A stretch of 63,869 nt of DNA, filler included. It is 13 parts of 13 records of this genome, joined end to end, with 100 filler letters (N's around TTAATTAATTAA, not from the genome) between each part and the next. Parts side by side here need not be neighbours in the genome. Positions count along the whole stretch, not along the records: positions 54,326 to 59,269 come from SRR7504441_17287; positions 59,370 to 63,869 come from SRR7504441_17305; 11 more parts are not named here. The stretch is one strand, 5' to 3'. The notes below the pieces were generated by a model that was given only the letters and a program-made list of their open reading frames with translations, was not told the origin of the DNA and did no database searches. Position numbers and translations under genes: made by a program. This document shows positions 57,111 to 63,869 of this stretch, one piece after another (position 1 is the stretch's first letter; each line of letters starts with the position of its first letter).

Positions 57111-59269
57111 ATGCAGGCAACGGGCCGGCTCGAGCCGACGGGAGTCCGTTTAGACATGTCCGGGCACCAGAGCCGCGCTTTGCTCGAGCAGGCGCTTGCG
57201 GCCGAGCGCGGCCGGTCAGCGGAGCTCTCGTCCCGGCTGCACCACGCCGGGTTGCAGCTCCGGCGGGAAGCTTCCAACATCAAAGAGAGCGTGCAGGTGG
57301 GAACCCTGCCGGTTGTACTGGCCCACCGGTCCGGCCAGGCGTTGCAGGCCCAGAAGCGGTCGGTGGCCTGCACCATGCTGCTGGCCGTCTCGCGCGGCTC
57401 GCGCAACCTGCACTTCTCTCAGCTGCTCGCCGCATGGAGCAGGGCCAAAGACGCCGCCGCTCTGGACGCTTCCCGCGCGCTGTGCGACCGGCTGTTCACC
57501 GGGGTGCCATATGGGGCCTCGCTCGACACCACCCCGGCCGCCAGCCCTCTGGTGCCCCACCGTCCTAGCTGCGGACTGAGCCATGCGCAGAGCGCTGTGC
57601 TGTGCGATAGCTTTGCGCGGTTCGAGCGGCAGGAGAAGCCGGCCCGCTGGCGCCCTGCCGTGCCCGAGCTCCTGTGTGTGCTGAGGTGGCAGCAGGCGTG
57701 CTCACGCGCAGTGACGACTCAGGGCCGGCGGGAGCTGGCTGGTCTGCAGGCCCGGCTGTGTGAGCTGCAGGGGATGCTGAGCATCGAGCGGCGCTGGCAG
57801 GCCGACCAGCAGGAGGACCGGCAGCAGAGCATCCAGCTGAGCCGTGAGCTGGGAGAGGCGGGTGAGCGAGAGAGAAATCTCCAGAGGCAGCTCGAGCAGG
57901 CGTTGGCGGTTCAACCAGCGGCCGATCCAGCGAGCAGCGGGATGCAGCTGGTGGTGTCGGAGCTGGAGCAGCTCCGGCTGCGGAACGGGCAGCTTCAGCG
58001 CGCGCTAGATCAGCTGGCAGAGGAGAAGGAGCTGCTAGTGTCAGTTGTAGAGCGCGAGCAAGCGCAGCCTGACGACCTGCTGGATCAGGAGAGGATGCGG
58101 GCCGAGCGACTGCAGGCCCGGCTGGCTGCGATGGCCGAGGAGAAGGCCCAGCTGGAATCGGCGCTGGAGCGATTGGAATCGCAGCAGCACGATTTGGCAG
58201 CGGCTGAGAAGCGCGATGCGGAAGCGGCCAGCGAGGTGCAGCAGGCCAGCGCTCGGTCGGCCCGGCTGGAGACCCGGCTTGCGGCGATGACCGAGCATCT
58301 TGAGGCGGCGCTCGAGGAGAAAGTGCAGCTGGAGTCAGCGCTAGAGCAACTCAGGCTGAGACTGGCCGACACTGAGCAAGGACTGGATGAGGTTCAAGCC
58401 CAGTTGCTGCAAGCGGAGCCGGTGGGGACGTCTGTCAAACTCGAGACTCAGCTTGAGCAGGCGGCAGCGGAGCAGCGCGAGCTGAAGCGCGAGCTGGCTA
58501 AGAGCACTAACAGGGAGCGCCGGATGCAACAAGCTCTGGACGAAGCAGCCGAGGTACAAGAGAACCTAAGGGGCCGAGTGGAGGCAGCCGCCGGGATGCT
58601 GTACAGATGCATGCGGCTGGCGCTGCTGTTTGCTACGGTAGATGTGGATGGCTCGGGCACGGTTGAACCTGGCGAGCTTCTGCAGCTCGGGCGGACGAGG
58701 AGGACTCTTGGGCACCAGGCAGATGCGTGGACTGAGCAGCGGAATGCGTCGTTGGTGGCCGAGCTAGACATGGACCGGGACGGGGCCGTTAGCATGGTCG
58801 AGTTCGTGCGAAGGTTCGAGCCCGAGCTTCCACGGGAGCGCGCAGAGTTTGACCTGCTGACTGAGAAATTGATCGAGGCTGCTCAGGTCTGCAGGCAGGC
58901 CAAGTCCAAAGACGGGAGCTGGTGAGTGTTGGCTCGGCGGGGGACTGATGGCGGCGCAGGGGCGGTGAGGTGCAGCTTGGTGCTCTCAGGGACGGGCTGG
59001 CGGTACAAGGGCAAAGCTTGAGTGACTTGGCAGCGTACCTGAGTGGGGTTGAAAGTGTGCTGAACGAGACCCAACCAAGGCTCGCCGAGTTGCTACGAGG
59101 CTGTAACCAAGAGCTGCCGCCCCGGAGCGCAGCTGTGGTTGAAGGGGATACTAGATTGGACGGCAGTGCAGGCAGCCTGGGGCGAGTGACGAGCCCCAAG
59201 AGCCCTGGCAGCCCCAGCAGGAGGAAGGCAGAGGAGGCAGCTGCAGCGGTGGCTGCCAAAGCAGCAGAG
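57111..59269 (+). CDS. Long coiled-coil protein with an EF-hand pair (truncated)
   Basis: Heptad-rich region; VDVDGSGTVEPGEL and LDMDRDGAVSMVEF; continues after a GT-AG intron at ~58922-58969. Confidence 0.7.
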
Positions 59270-59369
59270 NNNNNNNNNNNNNNNNNNNNNNNNNNNNNNN
59301 NNNNNNNNNNNNNTTAATTAATTAANNNNNNNNNNNNNNNNNNNNNNNNNNNNNNNNNNNNNNNNNNNN

Positions 59370-60399
59370 CGGCGAGATGCTCTACGAGCTGTTCCAGAAC
59401 TTCAACTGCAAACCAGACGAGCACCTGTGTTCAACCGGGTGCCAAAAGAAGGAGTGCGTCGATTATCAGAATCTCATTGCAAACATGAGCTCTGCTGACA
59501 TCGACAAGAAGTACTGCCCCGATTTTGTCGCCCCCCCGCACGCCCCCAACAAAACGGCCGTGTGCGCCTGCTACGGCAAGACCGACGGCGTATGCAAACC
59601 CGAATTCCCCTCCCGTGGACACGGATTTGCCAACTTTGTCAATGGTGCTGGCTCGGACAAGAAGCCGGCCAGCGGCAGGAAGCAGATCATCGCCGACCTG
59701 CAGGCCACCACAAGCTGGGGAGGGCAGCTGATCGGGTACATGCGTGACTCTGATGGCGCGAACCCGACCGGGAAGCAACAGTATGCGCCGCATCCACTGA
59801 AACAAATTTACGAGGATCAGCGTCCCAGCAATACGGTGGACAAACCTGTCCCAGTTTGCGAGTGGGAATTGTGCGGCTGCACCATCCGGACGGCGATCGA
59901 CTCATCCGGACCCATCGGGAACTGTAGCCAGCGAACGTCGAAGCAGATCTGGGCCAAGTTCTACGAAATTTGGCAGGAGTCGAACACTGACGAGCCAAAA
60001 ACCGCCCCGACTTGCAAGCAGCTGGCGGCCAAAGGCGCCATCTGCGACTGCGGAGGGACTAACTACGGCCCATGCCTCCCCGCGTTCGATGGAGCTGGGC
60101 TTGGGTTTGCAAACTTCCTCAACTCTATCATTCCGCACCAATCATCTGCTTGGGTGAGCGATCATCTGATCGCTCACCCAGTGCTGACCACCACCACGGG
60201 CGGGCAACCGGTCGGGTTCATGACCGAGGCCTTCCTCGAGCCTGCCGTGGGCGGATCCGGCGTTGGGCGTCCCGACTGCGTTAACATGTATGGAAAAGAT
60301 GTCCCATGCGAGGCCACGATCCTCGCTCCTCGCAAGCCCAAGCACGGAAAGAGCCCAACTCCCGCCACCAATGTCCGTGCCAAGCCATCGAAGCCATGA
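59370..60399 (+). CDS. Cys-rich, probably secreted protein with an internal domain duplication (5' truncated)
   Basis: Two copies of CxCxG...GxCxPxF...GxGFANF...TTxxGGQxxGxM. Confidence 0.65.
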
Positions 60400-60678
60400 C
60401 CAACGCCTTCCTGGCCACGCGCAGCGGGTACGCCCTCACTATTGATCAATACGACACATAGCTAGCCATTCGTCGTCTATGCTATGCATATGCGAAGTAC
60501 AACACCATATATAAAAGCATTGCTTTGTATTGGGATTATTATACGGTCTACGTAATATTCGAAGGATGCAAATGTTCAATAGGGTTCGGAAGGGATTATT
60601 ATACTTACGGTCTACGTATCTTTGCTTTGACCCTATAGCTTGCGCCGGTTTCATACTGCCTCGCCCAAAGCGGCCGCC

Positions 60679-61197
60679 CTAGTGCCTCCAGGCGGGCAAG
60701 CTCCAGTCCTGCGTCACCCCAGCGGTTCTCTTGCGCTCGGGCAGCTCTTTCGATCGAGTCCTGTAGTCCGGGCGCGCACAGCGGGCAGGCGGCTCGGTGC
60801 CCACCCATTGGGCCTCCGGGTCCATCGCCTCGAGCAGCCGGCGGTGGAGCGAGCCAAGGTCACCGGCCGGGGCTGGGCCGACCAGCGCCTCCACCGGGCT
60901 TGCGGAGCCCCGCGGCGGGTGGAGGTGGTGGGTCTGGGCGAGACGGTCGGCCGCCGGATCCCAGCGCCACAAGGTGGGATGGTCCACCCGTGTGGGGCTC
61001 GTGAGCTCAATCGTATCGATGGCCGGTTGTCCCATCGCCAAGCGGCGACTGTGCTGGTGCCGGGCAGCCGCTTGCTGCAGTGCTCGGCGCTGAGTGGTCT
61101 TCGACGCCGCCTGGATGAACGGGGCGGGCCGGCCCGTCGGCCGATACCGCCCGAGCGTCGTGTGCAGACGCGGCTGGGGCGGCCGTGGGGCGTGCAT
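60679..61197 (-). CDS. Hypothetical protein
   Basis: 172-codon ORF, divergent from the OS-9-like gene and ending in an AT-rich intergenic region; no motif recognised. Confidence 0.35.
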   Translation of the reverse strand: MHAPRPPQPRLHTTLGRYRPTGRPAPFIQAASKTTQRRALQQAAARHQHSRRLAMGQPAIDTIELTSPTRVDHPTLWRWDPAADRLAQTHHLHPPRGSASPVEALVGPAPAGDLGSLHRRLLEAMDPEAQWVGTEPPARCARPDYRTRSKELPERKRTAGVTQDWSLPAWRH

Positions 61198-61330
61198 CTC
61201 GTCCCGGAGGGAGCCAGCCCAGGCCTGCCCGGATGATGCGGTGTGTCCGCTCAAACCGCCAATCACTCTCGGCATTGTCCTCAACCGCCAACAGCTTTTT
61301 GTGGGCCGCGAGTCGTCGCTGGCGAGCCGC

Positions 61331-62840
61331 ATGCTGGCCGGGGCGGCCGCGTGGCTGGTGGCCGGGCTCTGGCTGGCGGCCGGGTCGGGGCTGGGGGGCG
61401 TCCCGCAGGCCAGTGTGCTCGAGCCGGCCTATGAGGCGCCCGTGCGCTTGGGGCGGGCCGCGAGCCGGGGCAGATCCACCTGAACCCAAACCGGTCGGCC
61501 AGCCCTGGCGCCGAGGCTCGGTGCCCCACCCGCTGAGCCGCAGCCCACTCCTCGCCAGGTGGCCAGCGCCGCACTACCGCGCGCTCGGCATGACCAGCCA
61601 GACTGGCCAGCGGTTCGCCTGCTTCACACCGTCGGTCGCGGTGCGCCCGACCCGCCAGACCGGGCCCAGCCGGCGCAGTTCAACCAATCGGCGATCGAGC
61701 AGGCCGCAGTGGTCGGGCTGCCATCGGTGCCCGAACAGACGAGCAAGCTGCTCGGAGAGTGTTCGCTCTTCCGCGAGCGGGGGGACTTCTGGCAGTACGA
61801 GCTGTGCCACGGGAACAAAGTGGTTCAGTTCCACCAGCAAGATCCAATCTCGCCTCGCACACAGGCCCGCCAGCCGGTCGAGCGGGGGCGAGCTGGTGGC
61901 AGGTGAATCTGCTCGGAATTTACCTCAAGAAGACTGTCGAGCGTGATGGGACCATCAGGCACGAGTACCAGACCGGGTCCGGCTGCGTTCTGCCTAACGG
62001 GAAAATCCAGACAAGAAGCACCACGGTCCGGATGGTCTGCTCTGCGGCGTACAAAAAGGCCTCCCGGGCCCGGCTGCTGGCGGCGCAGCGCGATCCGGCC
62101 TCCAAAGGTCACATCGCAGACCTGCAGGAGCCCCGGCCCTGCTCGTACACTGTCTTGTTCTACACACCATTGGCCTGCTCGTGGTCGCCCGCCAAAGTAG
62201 CGGCCAGCTCGGCCGGCGGCTCGGCCAGCAGCCTGCTGCAGCGGTGCGGGCGTGTGATCTGAGGGCCTCAGGCAGGGCAGGCTGGCCAAGAGCTGTGTGC
62301 ACCTGATGGATACCTGGTGGACTTACGAGCTCTGCTTTGGCTCCCATCTTCGCCAATTCCGGGCCGAGAACCAAAAGGCATTAACCAGCAGCCTGGCCTG
62401 GGCTCAACCGGCCGGCAGGTCGTGGCCCAATTCTTCCTCGGGAACGCTACTCAGCAGAATTTCGTCACTAGCAAGGACGATATCCAATTCGATCAGGTGA
62501 GCAAGAAGCCGTTCCTGCTCCAGCACTACACCAACGGTGCCAGCCGAGCGAGGACTGGCCAATCCGGGCCAGGCTCGACTTGTGACTTGAGTGGCGTCCG
62601 GCGGACCACGGAGGTGCGGTTTGTATGCACCAAGGCGAGCGAGCAGCTGGCCACACTTGATATGGTCAAAGAGCTGGCCACTTGCAGCTACATGGCAGTG
62701 GTCTCCTCGCACTTACTGTGTCAGCACAAGGTGCCAGCTGGCTAGGTGCCGCTACTGAGCCTCGATCTCAGATGTTCCAAGAGCGAACACGCGAGAAGCG
62801 TGGAGTGTATTGCGTGCCCCAAATGTTGGGAGAATCTTAA
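61331..62840 (+). CDS. ER lectin with two MRH/PRKCSH domains (OS-9/ERLEC1-like), 9 exons
   Basis: Signal peptide; FWQYELCHG..VVQFH...YQTGSGC...RSTTVRMVC...EPRPCSY, and WWTYELCFG..LRQF...YTNGSTCDLSGVRRTTEVRFVC...ELATCSY. GC-AG introns 61865-61902 and 62378-62418 (probably also 61436-61473). Confidence 0.9.
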
Positions 62841-63173
62841 GCTATAGAGATTCAATGCACTTTAATTTTAAGCTTAGATGCCTTCCTAGCAAATTTGACG
62901 TGTAGTGCTCACAATAAAGAATTATAGCGTACAATTCTGATTGTATGTGTATGTGTATAAAAAGGTGTATAGGGGTAATATAGAGGTCTATCTAGACATA
63001 ATCTCAAGTGATTGCATTAATCAAATAATTATCTTCCAAGTGATCGTAATTTTCTAAGCTTGATTTGAAATCATTCAAGCACTTTAAATTTACTTTGGCC
63101 CTGCTCATAAATTTAATGCGGATATAAGTGCGGAAACATAATGCGGACACAATCGCTGCGTCACGAATCATGG

Positions 63174-63844
63174 TCACGTGCAATCGTTCCAGTTAGTTGC
63201 AGTTGCCTTCGGGGCCGGAAACGTCTTGGCAAGCTCACCGTTTGCAAATTGAGAGAGCTCAGCTCCATAAGCCCAGCCGGCTGTGTAGAAGACGGCTGGC
63301 TCGCCGAACTTGACTTCGGCATCAAAGTACTCGCCTTTGCTCTCATACTTGTCTGCTTCATGCCAGAGCCGAGTCCAGTTGCCCGCGGGAAGGTAAGCCT
63401 TGACCGTGGCGTAGGCATACTCTACTGTCCCAATAACCGGGACGGATCGCTTGTACTGGATTGTTTTAGAGAGCACCGGCACGATCATCAGATTCTGGCC
63501 AAACAAGAACTGCGTGTTCATCTCCCAGGTGTTTTTGTCCTTGGGATAGTGGAACAGCACTGGTCGGATCAGCGGATAGCCGAGAGTGGCCGCTTGCTCC
63601 ATCAGCGTCTGCCGGTACGGCTGCATGAACCTGAACAGCCGCGCGAACCGAGCAAAGTGGCCCATCGTGTCGCTGTCAGTAAACACCTGCCGCCCATAAG
63701 CCGCGAGCCGAGCGAGCCGGCTGCCTGAATGTTGGTGTTAGGCGCGTTCCCAAGGTGGGTCCGGAACACTGGCGAGAACACGTTCATCTCGGCCCATCGC
63801 ATCAGCAGGTTCTTGCTCCGGCAGATCTGCCCCAAGACCGTCAG
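63174..63844 (-). CDS. GH31 glycosidase, YihQ/sulfoquinovosidase-like (C-terminal part)
   Basis: RSKNLLMRWAEMNVFSPVFRTHLGNAP..NIQ|VFTDSDTMGHFARF...PLIRPVLFHYP...QFLFG, compared from memory with YihQ RSKELLLRW...MRTHEGN...TIAHFAR; GC-AG intron 63687-63724. Confidence 0.85.
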
Positions 63845-63869
63845 CCCCCCCCCCCCCCCCCCCCCCCCC

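Noticed and set aside
6446-59369. Regularly recurring TTAATTAATTAA flanked by N runs, superficially like a repeat array or element end
   Set aside because: Identical 100-nt synthetic joins between contigs; not biological, and gene order across them means nothing.
460-63724. Introns as introner transposons (many AG|G junctions resemble target-site duplications)
   Set aside because: No two introns share recognisable sequence or terminal inverted repeats by eye; an all-versus-all alignment genome-wide would be needed.
1-63869. Reassigned stop codons or an alternative genetic code
   Set aside because: In-frame stops fall inside removable mini-introns; TAA, TAG and TGA all terminate well-supported genes.
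63845-63869. Terminal poly-C run
   Set aside because: Most likely a contig-end sequencing artefact (poly-G on the other strand), not a telomere.
1-63869. CRISPR arrays, rRNA/tRNA genes, transposases, viral genes
   Set aside because: None recognised; small ncRNAs could be missed by eye.

Overview
Not a continuous locus: 13 short contigs (about 3.5-7 kb each) joined by 12 artificial 100-nt spacers (N44-TTAATTAATTAA-N44), so adjacency is meaningful only inside a contig. The DNA is a compact, GC-rich, gene-dense nuclear genome of a microbial eukaryote. HYDIN and BBIP1 point to a flagellated cell, PEX14 to peroxisomes, and the many secreted hydrolases to phagotrophy (inference). Genes are split by very uniform ~35-47-nt spliceosomal introns with no polypyrimidine tract, and an unusually large share have GC donors (exon AG|GC). 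The ORF track therefore misses or fragments many genes. About 38 genes were rebuilt by hand. Best leads: (1) a spliced ~80-aa TatA/TatB-family gene with a mitochondrial-type presequence; (2) a TPP1/Est3-like telomeric OB fold apparently fused to Kelch repeats; (3) the GC-AG mini-intron splicing system; (4) BBIP1 followed with zero spacer (TAA-ATG) by a methyltransferase-like ORF; (5) YihQ-like sulfoquinovosidase and PHB depolymerase genes. All family assignments come from motif recognition by eye, with no database search.
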